Positions 49,385-63,300 of a stretch of 64,000 nucleotides of DNA are shown here, piece after piece (position 1 is the stretch's first letter; each line of letters starts with the position of its first letter). This DNA comes from Podarcis bocagei (taxonomy: Eukaryota), in the NCBI GenBank assembly GCA_964188305.1, contig OZ076888.1; one strand, written 5' to 3'. The translations under genes and the position numbers were made by a program. Below the pieces are notes generated by a model that searched no databases, had not been told where the DNA came from, and saw nothing but the letters and a program-made list of their open reading frames with translations.

Positions 49385-50090
49385 TCTAACAAGGGTTCCT
49401 GAAGTAGCTTAGCAATTCATTTAATATGCAGTAAACAGGAATGCAAAGATAAGCACTAAAAAATAAAAACAGTACTAAAGTTAGCGGCACAGCTTATAAC
49501 TAAATGTCTGCCTAAACAACGACTTCCTTGCAGTTAGGCACCAGGTCATGTGACATCGAGAGAGGGATCTCATTAGTAGGGTACCACTAGTGAGAAGGCT
49601 CTCCACCCACCACCTTAATTCAAGATGTGGAATGAAGATCTTAGCAGTTCAACAGGTGTATATAGGAGCAGCTGATCCTTCCAGGTAGCCTAGTTCCAGA
49701 CTGTTTAGGGCAGACTTCTTAGCCTTGAGTCCCTAAATGCTGTTTGACTACAACTCCCACCATCCCCAGTTAGGCATGTCCAAAGTCTATTTCTGACCCC
49801 TGTGGCAGTTTATTTCCTGGGGTAAAATCCTAAAAAAAAGGTTAACAACTTTGGTTGGCCCTTTGGTCGGCCCTGGTCTTCACTTCATCAAATCTGGCCC
49901 TATTTGAAAAAAAGTTTGGACACCACTGGTGTAGGCAATAGTCTGGGTGATGCAAGTTGTAGTCCAGTAATGTATGGGAACCCAAGGTTGGGAAACACTG
50001 GTTTAGGGCTTTCAAACCCTCTGAATTGTAGCTGGAAATAAACTGGAAGCTAGTGAAACTCTTTAAATGCTGGCAAAAGTATGTTCGAGC
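49385..50090 (-). mobile_element. L2 LINE 3' fragment, split by nested hAT MITEs
   Basis: Minus strand with the insert removed reads FKEFH*LPVYFQLQFR, frameshift, KALNSLELGYL, resembling L2 ORF2 LHWLP...KALNGLGPGYL. Confidence 0.65.
49711..50000. mobile_element. hAT MITE (GACTACAA family) containing a second hAT MITE (~49771-49928)
   Basis: Perfect 8-bp TSD GTTTAGGG (49703-49710, 50001-50008); outer right TIR AAGGTTGGGAAACACTG; inner ends TAGGCATGTCCAAA / TTTGGACACCACTG. Confidence 0.82.
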
Positions 50091-51342
50091 TGTATTACAA
50101 ACCATTTGAGGTTTCAGAACCTTCTCATCTAATTTAAAGAATATTCTAAGTCTGATCTCTGGTAAACAAATCTTAAATTTGGGAGAAACCATTGTTGGTA
50201 GTGGTGCGTTTGTGTTTGGATGAAGTTTTTGATTACTATTTCAAAGTTAAGCAGCTAAAAGCCAAAATCCAATACATCCATTAAGTGCATTGCCTGGAAT
50301 ATGTGGCTGTAAGCACCCTAACAGAACAATCCTTCTTCCTGGCTCAGAGGAGCAGGGCAGAATGAAGCAGCAGAGTCACTGCTGCACCCAAAGCCTGTGT
50401 CCCACTAACCAAGAGGGGAAGTGTGAGGTGGTTTTCTTCCCTTTTTTTGCTGTGGCAGTCTAGGCTGAGGTGGCCAGGCTAGGATCCATTGCCATATCTG
50501 CTTCACCTCTGCCCTCAATCTGTCCTGCATACCCTGTTTTGTGGACTTATGTTCATGACTGTCAATGGGAGCTTCCTGAATGTTTGTGTTTTTGGTAGGC
50601 GCAGTTTGGCAGAACCAGGTGAAGGCATAACTCCACCCAGTCGCATCTCCTTCCAGATTGGGGTTTAGGATTGCTCTCTACTTGTGCTGGATTGTGGCCA
50701 ATGTGTTTCATAAGGTTCTAAACACTTCAGCACAAAGCAGAGCCTAAAGAGAGATTATGTAGTTATTAAACCAAATTACTATTTATTATTTATAGGCTGC
50801 TTTAAGATATGTGTACATGTCTGCATTTACCTTTCCCAGTGGTATTTTGTCCTCATCTGATACTACTTCTGCAATAGCTATGTTGCTTTCTATCTGTGTT
50901 CTGTAACATGGTTGTTTAATTAATTCCTGTTTGCACAATGTCTTCTTACTCGGAGGAGTGTCACTGTTTTCCTGGAGCAGATAGGAAGCTGTCAGGGACT
51001 CGCACAATAGGTTATCTATTTGCTACAAAACCATCCATGTAGTCTCTTAATACTGACTTAACTTGCAGTATTCAGAACTATTGCTGGATTTTCCAGTAGT
51101 GACTACCTTAGCATTGCATTCAAATACTACTGAGGAAATGCAAACTTTATAGTGATTATTTCATCAGGAAAGGGCTAGTGGAGCCATCAATATTTCAAGT
51201 TGCTTACAAATGAGCCTCCAACTACAGAAAAATGTGTAAAGTTAAAATAGAATGAGTTGGTACTCTGGCACCAGCCATGTGGGAATTCTGACAACTCCAT
51301 TGTTGACTGCCTTCCTGGTCTTGCAGGATGAACTTTTCTTCT

Positions 51343-51564
51343 GGAGAGCCAGTGTGGTGTAGTGGTTAAGAGCGGTAGATTTGTAATCTGGGGAACCGGG
51401 TTTGCGTCTCCACTCCTCCACATGCAGCTGCTGGGTGACCTTGGGCCAGTCATACTTCTTTGAAGTCTCTCAGCCTCATTCACCTCACAGCGTGTTTGTT
51501 GTGGGGGAGGAAGGGAAAGGAGAATGTTAGCCGCTTTGAGACTCCTTAGGGTAGTGATAAAGCG
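51343..51564 (+). mobile_element. Young tRNA-derived SINE (Squam3-like), 3' tail lost in gap
   Basis: GAGAGCCAGTGTGGTGTAGTGGTTAAGAGC (A box), GGGTTTGCGTCTCC (B box), GGGTGACCTTGGGCCAGTCA core, GCCGCTTTGAGACTCC...GATAAAGCG 3' end. Confidence 0.88.
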
Positions 51565-51698
51565 NNNNNNNNNNNNNNNNNNNNNNNNNNNNNNNNNNNN
51601 NNNNNNNNNNNNNNNNNNNNNNNNNNNNNNNNNNNNNNNNNNNNNNNNNNNNNNNNNNNNNNNNNNNNNNNNNNNNNNNNNNNNNNNNNNNNNNNNNN
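51565..51698. other. Assembly gap
   Basis: Run of N. Confidence 1.
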
Positions 51699-54600
51699 CT
51701 TCAGCTCTGCATTTTCATGTGGAAGAGTTACATGTCACTTCCTGTAGTGGGACAAGCCCACTGTACATATATGCCCAGGGCAGCCAACTATGGCACACCC
51801 CAGAGCTTAAAAGAGGGAAATGAAAAGCTTTCTTTCAGTTTATCCAAAGTTTCTCTGCTTGAACTCCTGGAGTTTTATTGGGAGAAGCCATAATTTAAAC
51901 TGTTAGGTTGACCAAATTGCTACTTATGTTTTTTTCAACAAGTAAGCGGAGCTCAAGTGGTACCAAATGGAATTTATCATTAACTATCCTTGCAAATAGC
52001 AGGGAGGAAGTTTAAAATCAGAACAATTTTCTGTGTTAGCAATAGAAGACTCAAGGCTTTGAGTTGTACAGCCTAGCTGTAAGGGAGTACCTGAAATGTC
52101 CCCCAAAGGCTTTTGCAAAGGACTTGGTATGGTGGTGCATACAGAAGACCTGGTTGCCGTGCCCTTCCCTAGAGACCTCTGCAAAACATCATACAGTGGA
52201 CTCACTCTCTTTGCACTATGGACACCTCAATCAGCACCCTCCAGGTTGCAACCCTGGCACCTCTGATGCCAGGAGAGTAAGATTCCAACCAAGTCCTGCT
52301 GGCAGCCTGCAGTGAATTCTTCCAGTGTTGATTCCTAAATCTGGCCATGACTCTACCTTAGTAGAACTTGCAGCAAGCCTAAATTGCTTTGTGATATTGT
52401 ATCATCTTAAACTCTTTTAAAATTCGTATTTTTATGACTAAAACTTTCTTATGTATATAATGTGTAATATATACCATAAGCGACTTCAGAGAAATTCCCT
52501 CCTGAATTGCAAGTGTGTGTGAGGTTTATAGGACTGTGTGGACTAGCCCCACACCCAACATACCCATTGGGTGACAAGGGGCTTTTTGCATGTATTGATG
52601 TATACATGTAGGGTTCTTCAATGAGAAAGCAGATTCTGCTTTGCCTAGGAACCCTCCGCAGGTAGAGGAGCCCTGCACTCAAATGCCACTACATGGGTAG
52701 GACCTCTTCAAAATGTTGCTGCACTTGCAGTCAGCAGGAATAGCAATGCCCAGGTATTCAGTGGAGGTGGGGCTTTTGTGTTTAAATGCAATGTGTACGT
52801 ACCATGTCTCAGGAAAAATAACCAATGTTTATTGTCTCAACTGTCAAGCAGCTGTTTGCTGCCCCTGACTTGGGTGGTGGGTTTTGCTCTGAAAATCTCC
52901 CCATCTTCAAGAGGAAGATTAATCCTCTCAACGTTTGTGTGTGTGTGTGTGTGTGTTGTTCTGATGCTGAGTAAAGGGAGAATGATGTTTTCTGCTTAAT
53001 ATCAACAGTATATGTATAAATTGACTCTCTTGCTGTAGATGGTGAAAAAAAGTTTTAACTCAATTGGGAACCTGGTGTGTGTTCTGCTGTTCCAAATAGC
53101 CACCTTTCTTCTTCTTCTTCTTCTGAACTGGGTTGATGGCTCCAGACCTGTAAACTGATTGTGGGAGAGCTTTTGCAAGCTGAGCTTTGGTTCTAGTTTT
53201 AGTGGAGCCCCACCCCAGGGATCAGACAGTGTCAGTCTGTCTGGCAGAAAAGTCATGCCAGTTTCATGGTTTTGCAGTTGAAGGTTGTTATCTTAAGCCC
53301 ACTTGGTCCTGAACTGGCCATTTGAAGACAGATAACTTCACTGGAGGGTAGGGCACACTACAATGCACATTACTGAGAAATCTTATCCCGTTAATATTTG
53401 TCTGAGAACAGACAGCATTGTTCTCTTGGCTTGTGTTTGCTAAGGCTTGATGCCCATGTGGGCAAACAGAAGCATGCAAAGAACTTGAATGCTTTTAGTA
53501 TGTATTGATCTGCTTTGAATCCCCGATACACCACATTGTGTCTTGCTTCGGAAAGCTTATTGTCGTCCCGCTCTCATCTAGCTTTAGCATTCAAGGTGAA
53601 TGTGCTAGAAAGAGTTGGGAGGAGAAATATTAAGGGTACTGGAACAATATCTTTATTGTCTTTTTTTAATCCCTCGAAACAATTTGTGAAATGCTTTCTC
53701 TTTCACTTTTGCATGCATTTCAGTAAAGGAGAGCTTCCATCAATCATACATACTTTAGCACAGTGCCACCCTGGGTTTTATTTTCATATCCTGAATTTTG
53801 GATTTGGTTGAGTCATTTATGTGGCAGATTATTTTGCCTTCATAGGTCTGTTATTCCACTCACCACTTGTGGCAAATCGGTTTTGCTCTTGGTTTTGGCT
53901 GCAACAGGGTGTGTTCCTCCACATAAGAATATGATGTGGGGGGATGGGGATGTTTGTTCAGTTTAGACAGCTGTAATGCACTTTACTTCTTCACCCTGTC
54001 ATTATTTTATTTTATTTATTTCCAAGCTAATGTTTAACGAGGCTGCACCTAGTTGTTTTATAATAAGTAGCCTTAGGAATTCATTCTGTAAAAGCTTTTG
54101 GCAGTGGTTTTATAGATGAGCCCATCTGTTTGCAGGTGGAGGCGAAGTCTGGCTTTTTGTCCAGACTGGTGAGGAGCCATTGTTGCTGGAACTAGAATGA
54201 CAGTGGTGACAGCCAAGGGCTGCTCTCTTTACTTTTGAGAACTTACTGCATTGAAAACCTGCTAAAACATTGCAGAAGCTTTACTTCTCCTCCCTTTGGG
54301 CTTCCACAAACTTTTACTTTGTGGCAATGCTGACTGTGTGTGCTTAAATCACATCTCTATGGTATATTTAAGCAGTGGAGAAATTTCATGCTCTGTCCTA
54401 ACTTTTAACCAAGTATTTCACAACTTGACACATGGAGCTGTAGGCAGTCGACCAATGGTGTGGTATGTGGCCTCACTGCTCTATGACCACCCCATCTCCT
54501 GGTTTTGTTCCGTCCCAGATATAATAAAAGAAATTTTATTGGGTCTCTGATATGCTTCCTTATACGGCTGATGGTACACCTTCACACATGGCATTTTACC

Positions 54601-56012
54601 TGCATGGGAAAATGTGTGTGAGCTGTCATGGGTGATGTACAGCACACTTGACATTTTCCTGCAAATACACAGCTCAGGCAGCTGATGCGTGCAAGGGAGC
54701 CAGCTTGGAGGGAGGGCAAGACATGCAGAAACAAGAGAAGGAATTCTTATTTCTTTGGTGCATGGTGTTCTCTTCTCACCTTTTTTCGAAGGAGGTTGGG
54801 AGGGGAGGGAGATCACAGTAGGTTCTGCTAAGACTACAAGGAAGAAAGAAGATTTAAATCATGCTGTCCCAGGGAAGAAGATTGAGATTAAGACTGGGAT
54901 CCACCAGGGAAGGAAAAAAGGATGTTAAAACTGGACTTTGAAAGCAAAATCTTCCCAGCTCACCCTAACTCTTCCCACCTGACTTGTCTTCATGGAAGCT
55001 GGTTGGGAAATGAGATTTGAGACTGGACTGCGTGGGTGGCCTTCCTGTCGTTCTTCCTGGATGATTTCAGAAACCTGGGTGCCAGATGCCAGTAATAAAT
55101 TTAAAGAGGGCAGTAGCAACTCAGTTTTTGCAACCTGTGTGTATACTGCATGGGTGTTTTCTAGCCAGGCTGGCTATAGACCTTCCTCCCACCAGCTGCA
55201 GCTTATGATACATTGCACAGCATGCAGCAGAGCAGACTGCCAAAGGCAGTTATTCATATCCATCTAACTGGAAAACCCACACACAAAACAAGTAGAGCAA
55301 GTATTCCCATGTCAAATTTGGAAGATTGATCAAAATGTAGCCTAACAATTCTTTAACTAGTTGTCTCACAGGGTCAACTTGCATGAGCTGCTGCTTGACA
55401 CATAGGAAAGTGTAGGATGAGACGTTGTATTCTGGGGCTATGTAGCAAAAGTGATCATTGTCTGAGTAATTAAAGAACAACACTAGTTCCATAAGGCAGA
55501 GGAAACAAATTTTGGGTTTTTGTATATTTTTAAAGGTTGCTTGTATTTTTCCCCATTTTGGCAATAATGAAGAGACTTTCCCTCCATTTTGTATGAAATG
55601 TTTTGCATAAATGGGGATGATTCATCCAGCAGTAGACAAATATGTCCCTCCATCATAGTGGTCTTGACAGCATCCTAGCCTATAAACATTTTTATTGTGT
55701 CTACCTGGCTTCAAGAGACTTTATGTTCCTATCTTTATCTTAAACTTGCCATTAATTAATCAATCATCCTGGCCCAGGATTCCTGGGTTCATGTTATTTA
55801 TGTAATTTTACCCCCCCCCCATTTGAATGTGGAAAAATCTGTTCTTTAGTTGTGTGCTGGAAAAGCATGACTTTATTTTATAAGCTCAGTAGTAGTATTT
55901 GAGCAGTCTAGTTTGGCTTTCCAGGTTTGGGGGCATATGTTTCCGGGAGTGCAAAGAAGGTGGAAACTATGTCTATGAAAGTATTTTTCCATACTCTTGA
56001 AAGGAAATGTAA

Positions 56013-56098
56013 GGCTGCAATCCAATGCACGTTAACCTAGGAGTAATACCTATTAAACTCAGTGGGACGTTTGAGTGCACATGCATAGGATTATGTTA
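56013..56098. mobile_element. ~90-bp palindromic Harbinger-like MITE
   Basis: TAA|GGCTGCAATCCAATGCAC...GCACATGCATAGGATT. Confidence 0.55.
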
Positions 56099-56137
56099 TA
56101 CATTTATTTAAAAGAGTTTGAAGAGAATCCTTTAGGT

Positions 56138-56275
56138 CAAGACTGAGGAACCTGTGTCCCTACAGATACAGTTTGACTCCAAACTCCAACCAGGCCCAGA
56201 CAGTAGGACCAATGGTAAGCAATGATGGGAGATATGGTCAATTAAAATCTAGAGGTCCACTGGTCCCCATCCTTC
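56138..56275. mobile_element. Degraded hAT MITE (GACTACAA family)
   Basis: GAGGAACCTGTG..CAGAT..GACTCCAAACTCC...ATGATGGGAG...ATCTAGAGG..CCCCATCC. Confidence 0.5.
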
Positions 56276-56499
56276 CTCTGTAGTCCAGCCTGTCTTTACT
56301 ACTGAGCAATGTTATGACTCTTTTTCTCAGAAAACACCACTAAATGCTTTTTCAGAAGAGAAACCCTGTGTTTCTTCAGGAAAGAGTGGCATTAGAAATA
56401 TTGTTATCCTTTACCTCTTCCTTTTAAAAAAAGAAAACCAGCAGGTACCTAGTGTCTCACTAGAGACACCTTGAAAGCTAGTTTTTATTTTATTTTAAT

Positions 56500-56686
56500 G
56501 TACTTATATAAAATTTCTGTCCTGTCCTACCTAAAGGGCTCATCTTCACAACAGCTCTATGAAGTAAGTTAGACTGAGAGATAGAGAGCTACTTGTTCCA
56601 GTTAGTCCCTGAGTTTCCTGATTGAGAAGTCTTGGGATCTGGGTCTTGTTCATAAGTCCAGGACCATAATCATTAAATCACACTGG
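56500..56686 (-). mobile_element. Highly degraded tRNA-SINE (family of 12368-12596)
   Basis: ATCTTCACAACAGCTCTATGAAGTAAGTTAGACTGAGAG...CATTAAATCACACTGG. Confidence 0.45.
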
Positions 56687-57262
56687 TTTGGTATTCAGGT
56701 TGGCTAATGTAATATATCCTGAAGCAATTTCTGCGTTTGTGAGACATTTGTGGGTACACTTCTCATGCTACATTTTGCAGGTTTGAGTTTGGTTTTGGAA
56801 TTATTCTGGTGGATGTATGTTTAAACATGAAAATATTTTATTAATGTATCACCTGTGTTAATGATTTGCCTCATCCAGGGTGCCTTTTTGCAGTAATCTG
56901 GGACCCAGCTCACACAGGTTTTCATTTGAACTTTCCCCCAAAATGCCCTGTGGATGCAGACCAATTTTACTGGAAGCGTTTTAGAGTTGTGGCACCTAGG
57001 AAAAATTATATAGCATAAAGGAGTGACAGGGTGTTTTACTCAGAACGAGGGAATGGAAATATTTCTTTAATGCCACCAAATATTTAAATAGATGGATGAC
57101 ATGCAGCTGTTTGTCAATAAGTTCCTTTGAGAACCGTCTGCTGAAAAGACAGGACATTTCTGTGTCAACAGAGCTGAAGTTGTTTCTGCAAGTGTTGTTG
57201 ATGATTGAAAATGAAGAATTGTAAGCACAATTCATCTTAGCGAACACAGGGTGTGAGTAATG

Positions 57263-57554
57263 NNNNNNNNNNNNNNNNNNNNNNNNNNNNNNNNNNNNNN
57301 NNNNNNNNNNNNNNNNNNNNNNNNNNNNNNNNNNNNNNNNNNNNNNNNNNNNNNNNNNNNNNNNNNNNNNNNNNNNNNNNNNNNNNNNNNNNNNNNNNNN
57401 NNNNNNNNNNNNNNNNNNNNNNNNNNNNNNNNNNNNNNNNNNNNNNNNNNNNNNNNNNNNNNNNNNNNNNNNNNNNNNNNNNNNNNNNNNNNNNNNNNNN
57501 NNNNNNNNNNNNNNNNNNNNNNNNNNNNNNNNNNNNNNNNNNNNNNNNNNNNNN
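57263..57554. other. Assembly gap
   Basis: Run of N. Confidence 1.
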
Positions 57555-60500
57555 GTCAAAGGAGGAAACAACATAGGAAAGAGATGCTCTATAAGCTTCA
57601 ACAGAGTGGCAGGCGAGTGCTGTGCCGTTTCAGTGCCTAATACTAATGACTCTGGAAAGCTGAAATGACAAAAAGATGTACTAACAGCTATTCTGAGAGC
57701 ACTACTGTGTAAATGAACCAACTGGAGAAACATGGAGGAGAACTGGTTTGTGGTTATTGGTATGATGTGGGTTCTTAGTTTTGCTTGAAACCATTGATTT
57801 TCAAATGAAGAAGGAAATATTAATTTATTGTTACAATCTATGCTTACCATAATGCAGTAGATTGAAAAATGTCAGCCTTTTTTTTAAAAAGAAGAAGAGC
57901 TAGACATGTCGAGAGATCTATCAGTTGGAGAAGACAAACAGAATTCTGAAACAATTCACCATTGTGTTGAATTCTCATTTTTAGGTAACGTGAACATTAT
58001 TCCTTTCATCACCATAATAAGCACTAAGTTGATGGACTTAAAGATTGCATCCTGATTCTTCCCATTAGTAGTGGGGTGGGTGGGTTGGTTGTAAGCTGTG
58101 TTTCACAATAGCAGTCCTGCAGGCTCAGTGTTTGCCAAGCACTGAAAGAAAGATGGTTCTCTGTCCTGTAGTGTAAAGGATGAACTCTAGGCTAGTAAGC
58201 ATTTTTTGTGTGATGTGCTTATCTTAGTCTGACCTCACTGTCTAGTTTCTTGAGTGAAGGTCCCCAAAAACTCTCATGGACTGTATTTATTTGTCTCAGT
58301 TAGCTTTGTTAGCCAGTTGAAAGATACGTTGATTTTTTCTCTCCAAGGTTTTATAAGCACAAAAATCAACTGTAAACAGTTAAACTGTGTTGTTACAGTA
58401 GTATTAATGTCCTTTACAGCATGTTTCCCTTAGTACTGTCTCACTTTCCCCAAAAGCATTTGTCACCTTCAGTTTTAGGTAGCATGCCTAGCATTTCATA
58501 GGGTTTTTGTATATGATTCTTTACCAGGCCCAAACTGAAGCAGTTTTTGCAAATCTGTCAAAGATTTCCTAAACTAAGCCCACACGATTTATTTTGCAAC
58601 ATTCTCCTTTGTTTCTAAACAAGCCAAGCTTTTCTTGTTTCTTTATTTCCCTTTGTTTGTCATAGTAAGTTTCTTTTAATTAAAGGCATGAATAATCTAG
58701 TATGGTTTCATTTGCATTTGTGATTGAGGTCTTCTTCACACTTTGTGAAATACTCCTGAGGTCTCCACTCAGGGTTTGCCATTCAGTCTTAACCTGCAGT
58801 GTGAGCGGAGGGCAATTGACACCGAAGCCTTCTGATTTTGAATGATGTTCTCAGACATGGAATGCCATTGTTTTTATTTCCATGTTGATGTTGTACTTAT
58901 AAAAGATTGTTGACACTTATCAGTTGTGGCTGAACAATATTTCAATCATTGTGCAATTTACACGTCAAGGCCCTTTTTACCTGGCAAGAAATATATTTTA
59001 AAAATTAATTGTAACACAACACAGCAACAATAGCCTGCTACGAGGCTAAGTCAACCTATCAATTGATTCTTCTGCTATAGAGCACCACCTTTCAGAAGCT
59101 TAATCTTTTGCCATTTGAACTCTGAAAAGCTGATACTTTTTTTTAAAAAAATGCAGCAACTTGGAACTAAAAGTATTGTGCAAAACACTTCTGGGTTTAT
59201 TTAGCATCACAGATAACAAATCTATTCTCCATTCAAGTAAAGACTTGTAATGAATCCCCATGTTCCCTTATATAATATTTTTGTATCAAGGGTTGTGCGT
59301 ACATAGCAATTGCACCACAGAAGCACAGAGCTCGGGGCTGACTGAACATACGCTTCAGCCTGCAAATCATGTTGTGTTGTTATCCCAGGCATTTTTACTC
59401 AGAATTGAGTCACGCTGATGAGTTGCTGTCTAGTGAGGGCACTTGGGATTACAGTTGTAGCATCTAAAACATGTCCATTTGCTCCAGGTCTTAGCAACCT
59501 TCTTTTGAGTGCTGATGCAGCAGTACCCACAAGCTAACGTAGCACAATCATTAGATTTTGGTTGCATCTATAAAATAAGCATTGGATAAAAGTTGTGAGT
59601 TTTTCCTCTTGCAGCAGTTGGAAACCTGCTGCCTAGTCAACCATAGACACTCTGATGTTTGGCAACGTAAATTGCCACTATTTCTGTCTCCAGACCACCA
59701 GCCCTCTGACTTCTCAGTGGGACTTTTAGCTAACTGTTTACCTTCATACTCCAATTACTCTGGTTTCCAAATATGTATAAATCTACAGCTTTAGGGAATA
59801 ACCAAAGTCAGAATTGATGATGGAAACTTGGGTTGCTCAAAATATTGATTTAAAACAAGGATTTGAACTGGTTTATTTTTTAAAGGATTCTAGAAATGTG
59901 TTGTTTAGATTCTCTTAAAAATGCCCTCCTAAAAGTAAATGGCACTTTAGCCCAGAACCCATTTTGAAGGTTTACTAACCCTCAGTCTGTTGATAATACA
60001 GTCTATTTATGTTGTCATTTTTCCTCAAGAGCTACACACAGAATTATTATTTAAGAATCTGCAAGTGAGTCAAATTAGTGGTATTGCTTTTCAGCAAACC
60101 ACATGCAAAATGTATATATGGTTTTGATTTCTGCTTTAGTGGTTCACTTATCATTCTCATTTATAGAGTGGCTTTTTATCTCTGTGTTTTGTGCTCTTTC
60201 AAAGCTAGTTTTCACTGAAGTTCATCACTCGTGGTTTTTACTTGCAACACACCTACAGAGTATATCTAAGACTATGTTTTAATATGTCTTACATACATAT
60301 TTTAGATTAGCAGTAACATTATAATTTTCTTATTCTCCTTCATGGGCCCTCCTAGTAAGGTTGGACTCCAACTCACAGCCACAATGGCCAAAAGTCAGAG
60401 ATTATGGGAGTTGTAGTTCAGTAACACCTGGACAGCCAAGGTTCACGATCCCCATTTGATTTGTTCATTTAGCTCTTCCTCAACAGCATGTGAAAGCTGT

Positions 60501-60895
60501 TGCAAGTGAAGCTGTTGTGCAGAAATGACTACCTCAATCTATTATGACAACATTTGCGATAATATGCATAGTTACAAAACACTTTAAAATTATGAATTGT
60601 TTGGACCCGTCCACACATCTAGGGAAAATTGTTTCTTTCTGATGTTGGATGCGGCATGATTTTGCACCCCTTTGATTTCAGTGACAAAATTTTTAATTGG
60701 TATGAATTGAGGCTTTAGTCTCAGTGTCAACAGATGTAATATATCCAGCAATACCAGCTAGCCCTTACAACAAGGTAGAGAAACTGAAAATCCTCCTATT
60801 GCCCTGCCTAAAGTGTTAAATTATGTTAATAGGTACCATAGCATTTAGGAGTTCATCTTGCATTGATGTGGCTTGGTGTGTGCATCACATTAAAC

Positions 60896-61010
60896 CAGGC
60901 ATGGCCAAACTTGGCCTTCCAGATGTTTTGGGACTACAACTCCCATCACCCCTAGCTAACAGGACCAGTGGTCAGGGATGATGGGAATTGTAGTCCCAAA
61001 ACATCTGGAG
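60896..61010. mobile_element. hAT MITE, right end truncated (same subfamily as 29472-29607)
   Basis: CAGGCATGGCCAAACTTGGCCTTCCAGATGTTTTGGGACTACAACTCCCATCA...TGATGGGAATTGTAGTCCCAAAACATCTGGAG; right TIR missing. Confidence 0.85.
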
Positions 61011-63143
61011 TTTTAACTATAGTGCTTTTTATTATCAAGAACTATTGTTTAATGTGAACACACAGTGTGCTGGTGTACCTGCCGAAGAGTTCATGCTCTG
61101 TCTGTTCTTGGTACTGCTGCTCTGATGGAAAACATAGCGTGTTGTGATGTCCAAGCCTGGCCTCATGGTTGGTACCTGGATTATAGTTCATGATTTGCTT
61201 GGGGGAAGTTTCTCTGACCACCACTTGAGTGTAAAGGCTGGAGCCTGAGTCAATGATGTAGATGGAGCTGGAACATGCACGAGACCCATAGAGAGCTAAT
61301 AGCAATGTAAAGAACAAAATGAGACCGAAGAATTGATATAGTGTTTGTCTCTACCCGGTCTTCTCTTGGGTCATTGCTTTCAGCTGGGTGTTCTGCTTCC
61401 TCCCAAGTAGACCCTTCAGAGCAGATGCTTCCTCCCAAATTAGATCCCTGCTGGTAGAACTGGCTGGCAGCTAAAGGGGCATCCCTTCTGCGACTATGGC
61501 GTTTCTGTCTAGTCTGCTGCCACCTTTACTCACACAACTCAAGGGATAATGGGGAAGAATAAGGAATCAAGACAGTGCTTGGGATGGGGTCATTGGGTGA
61601 CTCAGGCAAGGCATTGTTGAAATGAGTCTCTTCAGACTGCTTTTAAGACTGGAATGTTGCTCTACATGGGCCTCCAGCCACTTCTCCCAAAGAGGACTCT
61701 TGCATCTAAATAAAAATGCTTAGGATTGCTTTGCACACGTATTTTAGAAATGTAGAATTCATAGTTCCATGCCCATTATCTTCCCCCCCCCCCATCCTGC
61801 TATTTAAGTCAACCCTTTTCCTCTTTGCCTCCCTAGGGAGAATGTCATGCTAGAAAGGCATTATTTCAACTATGTCTCTTTAATTTCTTCAGATCCCAGC
61901 ACCATTGTTGTTTTAATTAAACCTAAAGCTATAAAAGTGCTGATGAGCTTTGCTAGACACTAATCATGTTTACTCTTTGCTGTTCAGTCGCCATATGCAA
62001 CAGTAAAAATCATCCTCTTAAATCATCTCTACTTGTGTACTTTTGCTCTTAATCGCGAGCCCTCTCTCTCTCTAAAACATTTGCCCTTCATGCATTTTAT
62101 AGTGTTATTCAGCTTTTTGGTTCTTTTAAAAGTTTTAGATAATTTATTTTTCCATGAAATGAAAGCAGAAGCTAATCTAATTCTCCCTCCCCCTTCAGAT
62201 AATGGTCAGCTTATGCTTTTGGTATTGGCTGGTGTGTTCCATGTGGCCAATATTTGGTTAACAAGAGCTGGGAGGGAAAAGGGCATAACATATGACCTAA
62301 TTTATCTTCCTGGGGTGCTGGGACAAAAGGTTCCAGAGGGGAAGGATCTTGGAATTCTCCAGCTCATTGATAGGCATGAAATTAGTGGCAGTCAGATGAG
62401 GAATCTGTTGCCAGTTGCGCTATTTTGTTCCATGTCAGCTTCTTTTATGTACAAGAAATTCCTGTCACGGAAGACTTTATTTCCATTTTACAGCCTTCAG
62501 CCTACTTGTTAGAATGTTAGACTTTGGCCTTTCAGGGCTAGAAGGTTTCCTTCATTAACTGCAGGAGCATGTTTTTATAGGCTCAATAAACATCTGAAAA
62601 TTATCTGTCCCAATTAATAATCATGTGATACCCATCCCACTTGTCTGGTTTGCTTATAGAAGTTGATTAAAATAATACTGCCATGCCATTATTGCCGAGA
62701 AATCTTGTGCTCTTTTTATATACAACCAAGTTATGAGTTTTCAAAGCCATGTATGAAAAGATACGCAAAACACTTTGCACTCTTATCGCTTCATCTGCTT
62801 CTCTTTCGTTTTCACATTCTGCACACTTATTGCAAGTCCTTCGGACTGCTCCATTTAAATAAATAAAGGAACCCCCCCCCCCCCGATGATTGAATTTCAC
62901 ATTTGGGCCTAAGCCAGTTTCCGAGCTTTGGTTTAGAATGTTAAAGGATTTTATGACTATTGAGTAGTTAGAAATTCTACACCTCTCCCATGTGGAAGGC
63001 CACAGTTCTTTGCCCTCCTGAAAGAAGAAACTGGATGTGTTAGTGCCAGTGGGTGCCTTGAGAAGTGCCATCCAGGCTCCTGTGTCAGTTCTCAGTGGCA
63101 GTGGATTGCACCTAAGTGTGCCTGGAGGAGTAGACTAAGCAAC

Positions 63144-63300
63144 GAGGAAGGTTTGCAGCTCAGTTGCAGAGCATCTGTGTTGCATGCAGAAGGTCCCTGA
63201 TTCATTCTCAAGCATCTTCAGGTAGGGCTGGGAGAGAACCCTGTCTTGAAACCTTGGAGAGCTTCTGCCAGTCAGTTCAGACAATGCTGACCTAGATGAA
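63144..63300 (+). mobile_element. tRNA-derived squamate SINE (Squam2-like)
   Basis: AGCTCAGTTGCAGAGCATCTG...TGCATGCAGAAGGTCCC...CAGGTAGGGCTGGGA...CTGCCAGTCAG..AGACAATGCTGACCTAGATG. Confidence 0.8.

Noticed and set aside
51343-51420. tRNA genes (also at 6240, 12540, 28670, 42930, 63158)
   Set aside because: A/B boxes continue into SINE bodies without a complete cloverleaf or acceptor stem.
56996-57850. 284-aa ORF and other X-containing ORFs
   Set aside because: Length is an artefact of N runs.
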